A DNA stretch of 64,000 nucleotides from Chloroflexota bacterium (GCA_021814145.1 JAKAIY010000001.1:18094-82093); one strand, 5' to 3'; shown: positions 20,807-30,670, counted from the stretch's first letter. Numbers and translations are program-made. Notes: generated by a model from the sequence alone, not told the origin.

Positions 20807-23176
20807 TCATAGGCGCTCCAGCCGCGCATAGGCGACGTCGAGCGTCTTGCGGCCCGCCGTATCGAACAGCACATCCACCGTGGTCGTTCCGCCCGCTGCG
20901 CTCACTTTGAGCACTAGCCCGCGCCCGAAGAGGCGGTGCATCACCTTGTCGCCTGGCTCCAGGTTCTGCGCGGGCGCAGGCGCGGCGGGAACCTCAAGTC
21001 GCGCGGGCGCGTCAGACCCAGAAGGCGGAAGGGCGGACATGGCCGGGCGCGGCGCGGGCGCGGCGGTACGTGCGCTCCAGGCGGGTGGCTCCCCTCGCGG
21101 GCGCGTCTCGCCGGTCGTCGTGGAGACACCGTCTCTTGGCGGGCGCTCATGGGTGACGCGCAACAGCTCAGCCGGGATCTCATCGAGGAAGCGCGAGGCT
21201 TCCTGGATGCTAGCGCCGCCATAGAACGTGCGCCGGTAGGCCCGCACCAGGTAGAGCCGGCGCATGGCCCGCGTGATGCCCACATACGCCAGCCGCCGCT
21301 CCTCCTCCAGCTCGTCCTGGCGCTCCAGCGAGCGCGCGTGCGGCAGGATGCCCTCTTCCATCCCGACCAGAAAGACCACCGGGAACTCCAGCCCCTTGGC
21401 GGCGTGCAGCGTGATGAGAGTCACCGCGTTGGGGTCCCGCTCCTGCGCGAGCGGGCCATCTTCGCCCGCCTGGGTCGTGTCGGCGCCACCCACCAGCGCC
21501 ATCTGCTCCAGGAAGAGCGCCAGCGCCGTCTCCGGCTCGATCTGGGCGAAGTCTTCGGCCACGCGCCGCAGCTCCAGCACGTTGCGCCAGCGCTCCTCGC
21601 CCTCCTCGGTCCCGTCGCGCAGGGCCGCCGCGTAGCCGCTCTGCGCCAGCAGGAAATCAATCAGGCTGGGCAAGGGCTGCTCCTTCGCCAGCGCGCGCAG
21701 GTTGGCCATCAGCGCGGCGAAGGAAGCCAGCGCGCGCTTGCCCGCCGTCGCCAGCGTCGGATGCTCCTCGATGCGCGCCAGCGCGTCAAAGGGCGCCAGA
21801 TCGTTGGCGCGCGCCCAAGAGAGGAACTCCGCAAGCGTCTTCGGCCCGATCTTGCGGTTGGGGACGTTGATGACGCGCTCCAGGGCGGCCTGGTCAAGCG
21901 GGTTGTAGAGCAGGCGCAGATAGGCGAGCACATCGCGGATCTCTTTGCGGTCATAGAACTTGCGGCTGCCGACTACGACATACGGCACCTTCGCGCGCAT
22001 GAACTGCTCTTCCAGCGCGCGGGACTGGGCGTTGGTGCGGTACATCACCGCGACATCGCGCGGTTGCGCCTCACTACGTCCTTCCAGCCGCCGGACTTCA
22101 TGCACGACGTAGCTGGCTTCCTCTTCCTCGTTGTAGGCCTCGTGCAGCGTGATCTTCTCGCCACCAGCGCGTTGTGTCCAGAGCGTCTTGTCAGCGCGCT
22201 TCGTGTTGCGCCGCACGACCTGGCTGGCGGCGTCGAGGATGACCTGCGTCGAGCGGTAGTTCTGCTCCAGCAGCACCGTGCGGGTTGTGGGAAAGTCAGT
22301 CTGGAAGTCGCGCACGACCAGAGGGATGGCGCCGCGCCAGCCATAGATACTTTGATCGTCATCCCCCACCACACAGATATTGCCGTGGCCTGGTGTCTCC
22401 GGTGTCCCTTGCGCCAGTAGGCGCACGAGCTCATATTGCGCCTTATTCGTGTCCTGGAACTCATCCACGTGCAGGTACTTGTACCGCCGCTGGTAGGCTT
22501 TGAGGATGTCAGGGCTGCGCCGCCAGAGCTGGTAGGTGAGCAGGATCAGATCGTCGAAGTCCACCGCGTCACGCTCGCGCAGCGCCTGATCGTAGCGCTT
22601 GAAGACCCGCGCGGCGATCTCCTCGGTGTAGCGGTTGACCTGCTCGGCGAACTGGAGCGGCCCCATCAGCGCGTTCTTGGCGCGGGAGATGGAGCCGTGG
22701 ATCATGCGCGGGCTGAACTGCTTCTTGTCAAGGTTCATCTCGTCGAGGATCTGGCCGACGAGCTTGATCTGGTCATCGTCGTCATAGATGCTGAACGCGC
22801 CGCTGATCCCCAGCGCGTCGCGCTGGGCCTCGCGCCGGAGCACGCGCGAGCAGATTGAGTGGAAGGTGCCGAGCGCCAGATCCTTCGATTTGTCGCCGAT
22901 GAGTTTTTCCATCCGGTCGCGCATCTCGCGCGCGGCCTTGTTGGTGAAGGTGACAGCCAGGATATTCCACGGCAGGACGTGGCGCTCCTGGACGAGATAC
23001 GCGATGCGGTGGGTGATGACGCGCGTCTTGCCGCTGCCAGGGCCGGCCAGCACAAGCAGCGGTCCCTCGGTTGTCGTGACCGCGTCACGCTGCTCTTCGT
23101 TCAGGCCCGCCAGCAGGTCTGGAGTATCAGCTTGCGCGTCGTTGATGGTCATCGCTTCCCGTCTTGCCTCTTCCAA
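20807..23176 (-). CDS. pcrA: ATP-dependent DNA helicase PcrA/UvrD
   Basis: LLAGLNEEQRDAVTTTEGPLLVLAGPGSGKTRVITHRIAYL, LHVDEFQDTN, VVGDDDQSIYGWRGA and ITLHAAKGLEFPVVFLVGMEEG are SF1 UvrD/PcrA motifs. Confidence 0.95.
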   Translation of the reverse strand: MEEARREAMTINDAQADTPDLLAGLNEEQRDAVTTTEGPLLVLAGPGSGKTRVITHRIAYLVQERHVLPWNILAVTFTNKAAREMRDRMEKLIGDKSKDLALGTFHSICSRVLRREAQRDALGISGAFSIYDDDDQIKLVGQILDEMNLDKKQFSPRMIHGSISRAKNALMGPLQFAEQVNRYTEEIAARVFKRYDQALRERDAVDFDDLILLTYQLWRRSPDILKAYQRRYKYLHVDEFQDTNKAQYELVRLLAQGTPETPGHGNICVVGDDDQSIYGWRGAIPLVVRDFQTDFPTTRTVLLEQNYRSTQVILDAASQVVRRNTKRADKTLWTQRAGGEKITLHEAYNEEEEASYVVHEVRRLEGRSEAQPRDVAVMYRTNAQSRALEEQFMRAKVPYVVVGSRKFYDRKEIRDVLAYLRLLYNPLDQAALERVINVPNRKIGPKTLAEFLSWARANDLAPFDALARIEEHPTLATAGKRALASFAALMANLRALAKEQPLPSLIDFLLAQSGYAAALRDGTEEGEERWRNVLELRRVAEDFAQIEPETALALFLEQMALVGGADTTQAGEDGPLAQERDPNAVTLITLHAAKGLEFPVVFLVGMEEGILPHARSLERQDELEEERRLAYVGITRAMRRLYLVRAYRRTFYGGASIQEASRFLDEIPAELLRVTHERPPRDGVSTTTGETRPRGEPPAWSARTAAPAPRPAMSALPPSGSDAPARLEVPAAPAPAQNLEPGDKVMHRLFGRGLVLKVSAAGGTTTVDVLFDTAGRKTLDVAYARLERL

Positions 23177-23527
23177 CCTGACAGCGCCTCAGTCTGTTCG
23201 CCGCCCCGCGCGATTGGGCGCGGCTCTGGCATTGTACACCACCGGCGCGCAAAGGCGCGGCCCGTTTGCTGTGCCCGCGTGGGGCGCGGGGGAAAACGGC
23301 GCTGCGAGCGCGTTTGCGGAGATTCGTGGATTCGTGGGCCCGCATCTATGCGCGCTGTGATACACTATAGTCTGATGCGGCCTGTTCGCCAGCATGTGTG
23401 GTGAGGCGTCGCCTCACGCCCGCTGTGTGGCGCCTGGTCGCTGATATGGTGTGGTTGTAGCGTCCGCAGAAAGGAGCGCGCGGCCTGGAGGTGGCGCGGA
23501 GAGCCATGGGCCGCGAAACGTTGAGCT

Positions 23528-23734
23528 GTGAGTGAGGTCATCATCAAAGAGGGCGACTCATTTGAGGTTGCCCTGAAGAAGTTCACGCGCCGGGTGCAGC
23601 AGGACGGCCTGCTGTCGGAGGCCAAGCGCCGTCAGCATTATGAGCCACCCAGTGTGAAGCGCAAGCGCAAGGCTGACGCCCGCGAGCGCAAGGCCCGCAA
23701 GGCCCGCCTCAAGGCAGCCGCCCAGGGCTACTAG
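23528..23734 (+). CDS. rpsU: 30S ribosomal protein S21
   Basis: (GTG)SEVIIKEGDSFEVALKKFTRRVQQDGLLSEAKRRQHYEPPSVKRKRK matches bS21. Confidence 0.9.
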   Translation: MSEVIIKEGDSFEVALKKFTRRVQQDGLLSEAKRRQHYEPPSVKRKRKADARERKARKARLKAAAQGY

Positions 23735-23835
23735 GAACACGCGAAGGCGGCGACAACCCACCGGATACGACCAGCCGGGCGTGCGGCGACAGGCGCGCCT
23801 ACCCGGCTGGCTCGGCGTGTCTTTTTGCACGCGCC

Positions 23836-24900
23836 TCACATCCTGAATTCATGGATGAATCCCGTCAGGCGCTCGAGCTGGGCGGCGTCAGTCTCGGGAA
23901 GTATGCCGTGCCCCAGGTTGAAGATGTGACCTGGCCGGCCCGCCGCCTGTCGAAGGACGGTTTCCGCTTCCGCGCGCACGGTTTCCCATGACGTCATGAG
24001 CGTCACGGGGTCCAGATTCCCTTGGACTGATACGCGCTCCGGCCCGCCGAGCCGCGCCCATGCCTCATCAAGATTGACGCGCCAGTCAAGGCCGATAACA
24101 TCACCGCCCGCCTCCGCCATCAGCTCCAGCAGCGTGCCTGTCCCGGTGCCGAAATGAATCCGCGGGACCTCCGGGACGCTGGGGGCGCGCAGGCCGTCAA
24201 AGAGACGGCGCATATGCGGCTGGACGAAACGGGCGTATTCACGCGGACCGAGCGCGCCAATCCAGCTATCGAAGATTTGGATCGCCTGCGCGCCCGCCGC
24301 GATCTGCCCCCGCCCAAAGTCCAGGACTATCTCGGTCAGTCGCCGCATCAGGCCGTCCCAAAGCTCTGGCTCGTCGAACATCATGCGCTTCGTGCGCACG
24401 AAATCGCGTGAGGGCTTCCCTTCCACCAGATAGCCCGCCAGGGTGAATGGCGCGCCGACGAAGCCGATGAGCGCGGTGTCCGTGGGGGCCAGCGCCTCGC
24501 GCAGCATGCCGATCGCTTCGCGCACGCTGGACATATCACGCTCCGGGTCAAGCGGGCGCAGCGCCTCGAGGTCAGCGCGCTCACGGATGGGGCGCGCGGT
24601 GACGGGGCCAGTTCCCTCTACGAGCTGGATGTCCAGACCAATCGCGACGAGTGGCGCGACGATATCCGAGAACAGGATCGCGGCGTCTACCCCTAGCCGC
24701 CGCACTGGTTGCAGCGTCACCTCCGCGCAAAGCGCCGGCGTGCTGGCGACCTCGAAAAAGGAATGGCGCTTGCGCACCTCTCGAAACTCAGGCAGCGAGC
24801 GCCCCGCCTGGCGCATGTACCAGACCGGCGTCCGGTCGGTGGGCAGGCGCAGGCAGGCGCGCAAAAATCGGTTCGCCGGCTCGGTCTGGGGGCTCTTCAC
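23836..24900 (-). CDS. hemE: uroporphyrinogen decarboxylase
   Basis: RFLRACLRLPTDRTPVWYMRQAGRSLPEFREVR and IQIFDSW are hallmark HemE motifs. Confidence 0.95.
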   Translation of the reverse strand: MKSPQTEPANRFLRACLRLPTDRTPVWYMRQAGRSLPEFREVRKRHSFFEVASTPALCAEVTLQPVRRLGVDAAILFSDIVAPLVAIGLDIQLVEGTGPVTARPIRERADLEALRPLDPERDMSSVREAIGMLREALAPTDTALIGFVGAPFTLAGYLVEGKPSRDFVRTKRMMFDEPELWDGLMRRLTEIVLDFGRGQIAAGAQAIQIFDSWIGALGPREYARFVQPHMRRLFDGLRAPSVPEVPRIHFGTGTGTLLELMAEAGGDVIGLDWRVNLDEAWARLGGPERVSVQGNLDPVTLMTSWETVRAEAETVLRQAAGRPGHIFNLGHGILPETDAAQLERLTGFIHEFRM

Positions 24901-25122
24901 GCTATCCTCACAAACTACACACGTCCAGTTTTAAGATCATGGCTTGTCGCGCCCGTCGCGCGCTACACCGATTATAGGGCATCGCATGATCGTCGCGGCT
25001 TGCGCGGAAGCGGGCGTCCAAGCGCCCGCAGGTCCATGACCGCTTGACGCCAGCGCGCGCGCGCCCCAACAATACCTCAGGCGCGCCCGGAAGAGCGCCC
25101 GGTATATCCGTTCGGCTGACCT

Positions 25123-27273
25123 TTGATGAGGAGCGTGCGACGCATGATCGCCCAGCAGACCCAACCGGCTCGTCACCAAGGCGCCTTTCGCCGCTTGTGG
25201 GGCTGGATTATCCGGCATGAGGCGGCGGGGGAGCCGTATGACATGGGCCTGGGTGGCCGCGTCGCGCTTGAGATAACGCTCTTCATGGCGATAGGGTACG
25301 CGATCGTCCTGAGCCTCTACATGATTGGCCGCAACGCCACGTTCGCGACACACGCCGAAGACCTGGGCATCATGGATCAGGTGTTGTGGAACACGATCCA
25401 CGGTCATTTCATGATCGAGACAATCTGTAATCCGGTCACTGATGTGAACTGTCTCGGTGGGTCCTCGCCCCTCGCCACCTCACGTTTCGCCATCCACTTC
25501 GAGCCCATCCTCATTCCGCTGAGCCTGCTGTATCTCGTCTGGCCAAGCGTCAACGCGCTGCTGACGCTTCAGGCTGTGGTGGTCGCGTCAGGCGCTATTC
25601 CGATCTGGATGCTGGCGGCACGGCGGCTGCGGAATCCCTGGTGGGGCGTGGCGTTCGCGGGGCTATTTCTGGCGTATCCCCCGATCATCGCGGCGCTGAT
25701 TGATGATTTTCACCCGGAGACGCTGGCCGCCACCATTCTGCTCTGGGCGTTCTACTTCCTGACGGCACGGAAGTACCGGGCGCTGGTGATCTGTTTAGGG
25801 CTGGCGCTCCTCTGCAAAGAGACGATGACACTCGATGTGATGGCCATCGGTCTCTTCGTGGCGCTGATTCACCGCCGCTGGCGTCTTGGCCTGGGCATTA
25901 CCGCCGCTGGCGCGCTGACGCTGCTGCTGGCGCTCGCCCTGATGCGGATATTCAGCCCGCTTGGTCACTCGCCTGTGTCAGGACGTATAACATACCTGCT
26001 TCCCGCCCTGCTGAACAATCCAGTCTCCACAGTGGCGAGCCTGTGGCATGATCCCTTGCGCCGCTCGTATCTAGTCAAGCTGCTCGCGCCGTATGGGTTT
26101 CTGCCGCTGCTTGCCCCGTGGATAGCCGCGCTCGCGCTCCCATCGGTCGCGCTCAACTTTCTGAGTAGCGATCCGCTCATGCATAGCGGCGGGTATCAAT
26201 ACAACACCGATATCGCGGCGGTCCTGATTGTGGCCTCGATTGACGCGATGGCGTGGATCGCGCCACTGGTGTCGGGGTGGTTCGGTGTGGCGCGGACCCG
26301 GCTGTCACGCAGGGGCGCGCCGCGCTGGCTGGCCGGCCTCGCGCGTCCGCAGATCGTGCTGGCGGTTGCGCTCGTTCCGGCGCTAATTGCTGGCCTGACC
26401 CCACAGACGACCCGCATTTATCAGCAGCTTACCGTGCGCCACGGCTGGCCAACTGTGACCGCTCATGACCAGCTCGGCGAAGCCATCGCCGCCCGGATTC
26501 CGGCTGGCGCTTCGGTCAGCGCGCAATCCACGCTGGCGCCGCATGTGAGCCAGCGGGCCGCCATCTACCAGTTTCCCTCTGGCGCGTCAAGCGCTGAATA
26601 CGTGTTCCTGGATGTTAGCGGTGGGGACTACTACCCGTTTACCAGTCCGGCGGGCTATGTCAGCGCGGTGGTCAAAACGGTGATGTCAGGCGATTTCCAG
26701 GTCGTGACGGCTAATGATGGCTATCTGCTCTTGCGGCGTGATCCAGGCGCGGGCGCGTTGCGGCTGCCGCAATCGTTCTATTCTTTCGCCTACGCCACCT
26801 CGCTGGCGGGTGCGCAGCCTGTGGATGTGCGTTTCGCTGGTGGCTTGCGGCTTGTTGGGTATTCGGTGAATCCTCCGCGTGTCTCGGTGACGCAGGCGGA
26901 GTTGACCGTGACGACGTACTGGCGTGTCGCGCGCCCCATCACCGCGCCACAGACCGTGGTGGTATCGCTGACGCCGCCCAATGGCGGTAGCCGCATAGTG
27001 ATTGACGAGTCGCTCACACAGGACTGGCTGCCGCCGGTGGACTGGCTGCCAGGCCAGACCATCGTGGCGCAGACGTGGCCGATCTACCTTGACCCGACAA
27101 AGCCTGGAAATTACATCTTTGGCGTTGAAGTGCGCGATGGCGCGCCAGATCAGCATCCACCCGTCACCCAGTCGGTGAGCGCCACAGTTGTGACGCCGCC
27201 CGGAGCGAGCGGCTTGCCAGAGGTGAATCCCAAGGGCCCAGGCGCGTGGCTGGCGATTGTGCCACTTCAGTGA
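25123..27273 (+). CDS. DUF2079-family polytopic membrane protein
   Basis: HAEDLGIMDQVLWNTIHGHF followed by more than 10 TM helices and a large C-terminal soluble domain. Start codon uncertain (TTG 25123 or ATG 25126). Confidence 0.75.
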   Translation: MMRSVRRMIAQQTQPARHQGAFRRLWGWIIRHEAAGEPYDMGLGGRVALEITLFMAIGYAIVLSLYMIGRNATFATHAEDLGIMDQVLWNTIHGHFMIETICNPVTDVNCLGGSSPLATSRFAIHFEPILIPLSLLYLVWPSVNALLTLQAVVVASGAIPIWMLAARRLRNPWWGVAFAGLFLAYPPIIAALIDDFHPETLAATILLWAFYFLTARKYRALVICLGLALLCKETMTLDVMAIGLFVALIHRRWRLGLGITAAGALTLLLALALMRIFSPLGHSPVSGRITYLLPALLNNPVSTVASLWHDPLRRSYLVKLLAPYGFLPLLAPWIAALALPSVALNFLSSDPLMHSGGYQYNTDIAAVLIVASIDAMAWIAPLVSGWFGVARTRLSRRGAPRWLAGLARPQIVLAVALVPALIAGLTPQTTRIYQQLTVRHGWPTVTAHDQLGEAIAARIPAGASVSAQSTLAPHVSQRAAIYQFPSGASSAEYVFLDVSGGDYYPFTSPAGYVSAVVKTVMSGDFQVVTANDGYLLLRRDPGAGALRLPQSFYSFAYATSLAGAQPVDVRFAGGLRLVGYSVNPPRVSVTQAELTVTTYWRVARPITAPQTVVVSLTPPNGGSRIVIDESLTQDWLPPVDWLPGQTIVAQTWPIYLDPTKPGNYIFGVEVRDGAPDQHPPVTQSVSATVVTPPGASGLPEVNPKGPGAWLAIVPLQ

Positions 27274-27289
27274 GTTGGCGGGCGCAGGC

Positions 27290-28876
27290 TCAACAGAACC
27301 AGGCGTTCTCGCCCGCGCCCAGCCCGCTCGCCACGACGTAGGGCGCGCGCGCCTCCAGACAGGATGCGCTCGCCGGGAAAATTTTGTCAGGATTGAAGAG
27401 CTCGCGCGGGTCAAAAGCCAGCCGCAGCCGCGCCATCGCCGCCAGATCGCGCGCGCTGAAGACATAGGGCATGGCGTCGCGCTTCTCCAGCCCGATGCCG
27501 TGCTCGCCAGAGACGATGCCGCCGAGGTCCACGCAGGCCCGCAGCAAGTCATTTCCCGCGCGGATCACACGCTCGATATCGCCTGGCTTGCGACGGTCGA
27601 AGCACATATTGGGGTGAAGATTGCCATCGCCCGCATGAAACACATTCGGAATGAGCAGTGAGTACTCCTGTCCAATCTCCTCAATCCGTTCCATGATGCG
27701 CGGCAGACGCGAGCGCGGCACGACGGCGTCTTGCAGGTAGAAGCTGGTGGTGATCTGGCCGAGGGCGGCGGCGGCTCCTTTGCGCCCAGCCCAGAGCGCC
27801 GCTCGCTCTGCCTCCGAGCGCGCCACCTGCGCCTCGCGCGCGCCCCCCGCCGCGCAGAGGGCGGCGATGCGCTCGCTTTGCGCTTCAACCTGCTCACGCG
27901 CGCCGTCAACTTCGATCAGCAGCACACTGCCCGCGTCTTCGGGGTAGCCAGCGTGGAACGCGCGCTCGATTGCCTGGCAGATGACACGGTCCATCATTTC
28001 CAGCGCGCTTGGGACGATTCCAGCGCCAATGATCGCTGAAACTGTGTTCGAGCCTGTGGCGATATCAGGAAAGATGGCCAGCAGGGTGCGAACGCTCTCC
28101 GGCAAGGGGAGCAGGCGGACCGCGATCTGTGTGACGATCCCCAGAGTTCCTTCTGAGCCAATGATCGCGCCGAGCAGGTCCAGCCCCACTGTCCCAGTGG
28201 CGCCATCTTCCGCGCCGAGCCACACCAGCTCACCACCGGGCAGCGCGACCTGCGCGGCCAGCACGTGATTCGCCGTGACTCCTGAGGCCAGGCAGTGTGG
28301 CCCGCCCGCGTTGGTGGCGACATTGCCGCCTATGGTCGAGATACGCTGGCTGGCCGGGTCGGGCGCGTAGTAGAGTCCGTAAGGCCGGGCCGCCTCAGAG
28401 AGCGCCAGATTGATGACTCCCGGATCGACGACCGCGCGCCGGTTCAAGGGATCTATCAGACGGACGCGGTTCATGCGCGCGGTGGAGATAACCACGCCGC
28501 CACGGGTCGGAATCGCCGCGCCGCAAAGGCCTGTGCCTGATCCACGCGCTACTACCGGCGCTCCCGCCTCCATCGCAAGCCGCACGGCGGTGGCGACCGC
28601 TTCGGGTGTTGCGGGTAACACGACCAGGTCCGGCGCGCCCTCTAGCGGACTGGCGTCATATCCATAGCTCAGCAGATCAGTAGCGTCAGAAAGAACGCAT
28701 TCAGCCCCCAGCGCGGCGCGCAGCCGGCTGGCGAGCCGCTCGCGCGCATGCGCGTCCAGGCTTTCAGCGATAGGCGCCTGTGGAGCCGCGACTGTCTGAA
28801 GCGCCAACGACGCCTCACGCTCAGCGCCCATTTTCGACGCCGCGTCAGGCGTCCTCGCTGGCGAAAAATCGGCCAT
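27290..28876 (-). CDS. FAD-linked oxidase (GlcD-like glycolate/D-lactate oxidase subunit)
   Basis: PCMH-type FAD-binding region PDLVVLPATPEAVATAVRLAMEAGAPVVARGSGTGLCGAAIP, and a C-terminal GGIVSGEHGIGLEK. Start placed at ATG 28876 (AGGAAGGA upstream). The longest ORF starts at 28987. Confidence 0.9.
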   Translation of the reverse strand: MADFSPARTPDAASKMGAEREASLALQTVAAPQAPIAESLDAHARERLASRLRAALGAECVLSDATDLLSYGYDASPLEGAPDLVVLPATPEAVATAVRLAMEAGAPVVARGSGTGLCGAAIPTRGGVVISTARMNRVRLIDPLNRRAVVDPGVINLALSEAARPYGLYYAPDPASQRISTIGGNVATNAGGPHCLASGVTANHVLAAQVALPGGELVWLGAEDGATGTVGLDLLGAIIGSEGTLGIVTQIAVRLLPLPESVRTLLAIFPDIATGSNTVSAIIGAGIVPSALEMMDRVICQAIERAFHAGYPEDAGSVLLIEVDGAREQVEAQSERIAALCAAGGAREAQVARSEAERAALWAGRKGAAAALGQITTSFYLQDAVVPRSRLPRIMERIEEIGQEYSLLIPNVFHAGDGNLHPNMCFDRRKPGDIERVIRAGNDLLRACVDLGGIVSGEHGIGLEKRDAMPYVFSARDLAAMARLRLAFDPRELFNPDKIFPASASCLEARAPYVVASGLGAGENAWFC

Positions 28877-29035
28877 GACGCCTATCCTTCCTGGTTTTAT
28901 GCGCTTTGGCGGCGCAATGCCCTGGTCCAATCCGCTCTGGACGTACCTCACATTCTCATGGTACACTACCCTCACACACACAAACAAACAGAAGGCGCTC
29001 CGGTCAGAAAAGACATCTCATAAGGAGGCCCCCTG

Positions 29036-29116
29036 ATGCGAATTCGCACGGAAAACACACGAGTCTTGCCACGGTGGGCGCGTGTCCGTGCGCGCATCGT
29101 AAAGCTGAGGCGCTGA
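29036..29116 (+). CDS. candidate 25-aa Arg-rich micro-ORF (MRIRTENTRVLPRWARVRARIVKLRR)
   Basis: Consensus RBS TAAGGAGG 7 nt upstream of the ATG. The stop codon is embedded in the strong intrinsic terminator 29108..29146. Too short to appear in the ORF track. No homology assessed. Confidence 0.3.
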   Translation: MRIRTENTRVLPRWARVRARIVKLRR

Positions 29117-29146
29117 GACGGCTTTCGTCTACAGCGCCTTTTGTCT
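29108..29146 (+). terminator. Rho-independent terminator
   Basis: AGGCGCTG-AGACG-gcttt-CGTCT-a-CAGCGCCT (13 bp in total with one bulge), followed by TTTGTCT. Confidence 0.6.
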
Positions 29147-29428
29147 ATTCCAATGGCTAGCGGACTGGTGATCATGTCCGCGCCGCTTCAGCGCAGGACA
29201 ATCGGGCGCGCCCAATCCAGCGACGTTGTCTAGGCGAGATCCAGCAAGGAACCTGGCGACACCAGGTTCGATCACGAAACGACAGAGCGCGTCAGAGCGC
29301 GGACGGTTCAGGGGGAGACGGGGCGGTGGCCGGACGCCCTACTCAGTACACCGTCTTCAGCGCCACTCAGCTTCACCATCCAACGCCGGTCGCTTAAAGG
29401 CTTTTCAACGAAACAGGAGCGACAACCA

Positions 29429-29707
29429 ATGTACTCCTCAAGCATGATTGGCAAGATAGCCAAAGCCAAGCAGTACGCCCTGGAGCCTGAGCGCATCCAG
29501 TTCAGCCAGTTCGAGGCGTCCTTCCAGGGTGAGAATGATACGCACACGATCCACTACGATCACGGCACATGGTCGTGTGATTGCCGTTTCTTCGCCGATC
29601 ATGGGGCGTGCAGCCATACCATGGCGGCGGAGCGGGTGCTTGGCGCTTCAACCCATGCTCAGCATGCGCTCGATAGCGCGGTAAATGACCAGCCCACTGC
29701 GCGCTAA
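29429..29707 (+). CDS. small SWIM zinc-finger protein (92 aa)
   Basis: WSCDCRFFADHGACSH fits the SWIM signature CxCx(n)CxH. AGGAG upstream of the ATG. Confidence 0.7.
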   Translation: MYSSSMIGKIAKAKQYALEPERIQFSQFEASFQGENDTHTIHYDHGTWSCDCRFFADHGACSHTMAAERVLGASTHAQHALDSAVNDQPTAR

Positions 29708-29743
29708 CTTCCGGCGCGCTTTGCGAGAGAGCGCGTTCCGCCT

Positions 29744-29796
29744 ATAAAAAAACAGTGAGTCCGCCAGCGCCTGAGAAAGGAAACTGGCGGACTCAC
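29744..29796 (-). terminator. Rho-independent terminator of the RRM gene
   Basis: 13-bp stem GTGAGTCCGCCAG/CTGGCGGACTCAC. On the minus strand it is followed by TGTTTTTTTA. Confidence 0.7.
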
Positions 29797-29830
29797 CATT
29801 TATGCGTGGCGCGGAAAGCCGCGCCTGGCG

Positions 29831-30670
29831 CTACTCGTTGTCATCCTCATCGAAAGAGGTGGCGTCGGTAAACGAGCGGTAATGACGCTCGTCGCGCCGT
29901 GGGCGTCGCCCACGCTCGCCGGCGTCTCCACGCTCGCCAAAGCCTTGCCGCTCGCGACGAGGCGGGTGCTCGCCATACTCGCGGCGAGGCGGGCGCTCAC
30001 CATACTCGCGACGCTGTGGACGCTCACCATATTCCCGACGAGGCGGGCGCTCGCCATACTCGCGCTTTGGCGGGCGCTCCTCGTATTCCCGACGCGGCGG
30101 ACGCTCGCCATACTCGCGACGCGGTGGGCGCTCGCCATACTCGCGGCGAGGCGGGCGCTCCTCGTATTCGCGACGCGGTGGACGCTCACCATACTCGCGA
30201 CGAGGCGGGCGCTCCTCGTATTCGCGACGCGGTGGACGCTCGCCGTACTCGCGACGAGGCGGGCGCTCCTCGTATTCGCGACGAGGCGGGCGCTCACCAT
30301 ACTCACGGCGAGGCGGGCGCTCCTCGTATTCGCGACGAGGCGGGCGCTCACCATACTCACGGCGAGGCGGGCGCTCCTCGTATTCCCGACGCGGCGGACG
30401 CTCGGCGAATTCGCGCTTTGGCGCGCGCTCCTCCGCCTCATTCACATGAATTGTCCGCCCACTCATCATCGTGCCGTTAAGGGACAAAATCGCTTGATGC
30501 GCGGCTTCCGCGTCGGGCATCTGAACGAACCCGAAGCCTTTGCTCAACCCCGAGGAGCGATCGCGCATTACCGCCGCCTCAGTTACTTCTCCATACACCT
30601 GGAACAACTCGCGGAGCTGCTCATCACTTGCAGAGTAGGGCAGATTCCCCACATACACGCGCGTCGCCAC
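29831..30670 (-). CDS. RRM-type RNA-binding protein with a long ERPPRREY[GE] tandem-repeat tail
   Basis: RNP motifs RVYVGNLPY (RNP2) and KGFGFVQM (RNP1). GTG start at 30670 with AAGGAG 5 nt upstream (the longest ORF reaches 30706). The C-terminal two-thirds is about 18 nonapeptide repeats. Confidence 0.9.
   Translation of the reverse strand: MATRVYVGNLPYSASDEQLRELFQVYGEVTEAAVMRDRSSGLSKGFGFVQMPDAEAAHQAILSLNGTMMSGRTIHVNEAEERAPKREFAERPPRREYEERPPRREYGERPPRREYEERPPRREYGERPPRREYEERPPRREYGERPPRREYEERPPRREYGERPPRREYEERPPRREYGERPPRREYGERPPRREYEERPPKREYGERPPRREYGERPQRREYGERPPRREYGEHPPRRERQGFGERGDAGERGRRPRRDERHYRSFTDATSFDEDDNE
29945..30435 (-). repeat. in-frame tandem repeat, 27-bp unit (54-bp super-unit), about 18 copies
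   Basis: Near-identical units cgctc[ga]cc[ag]tactcgcg[ag]cg[ac]gg[ct]gggcg read directly in the sequence. They encode ERPPRREY[GE] on the minus strand and generate long open frames in several other frames. Confidence 0.9.

Noticed and set aside
20936-22420. 494-aa plus-strand ORF inside pcrA, together with several shorter ones in 20847..23404
   Set aside because: They are antisense or off-frame shadows of the clearly identified PcrA helicase. Composition is Arg/Gly/Ala-rich and no motifs are present.
29250-29275. GGTTCGAT-containing sequence checked as a tRNA T-arm
   Set aside because: The flanking bases do not form a T-stem, and no acceptor or anticodon arms can be drawn. It is just the 3' arm of a simple hairpin (AACCTGG-cgaca-CCAGGTT).
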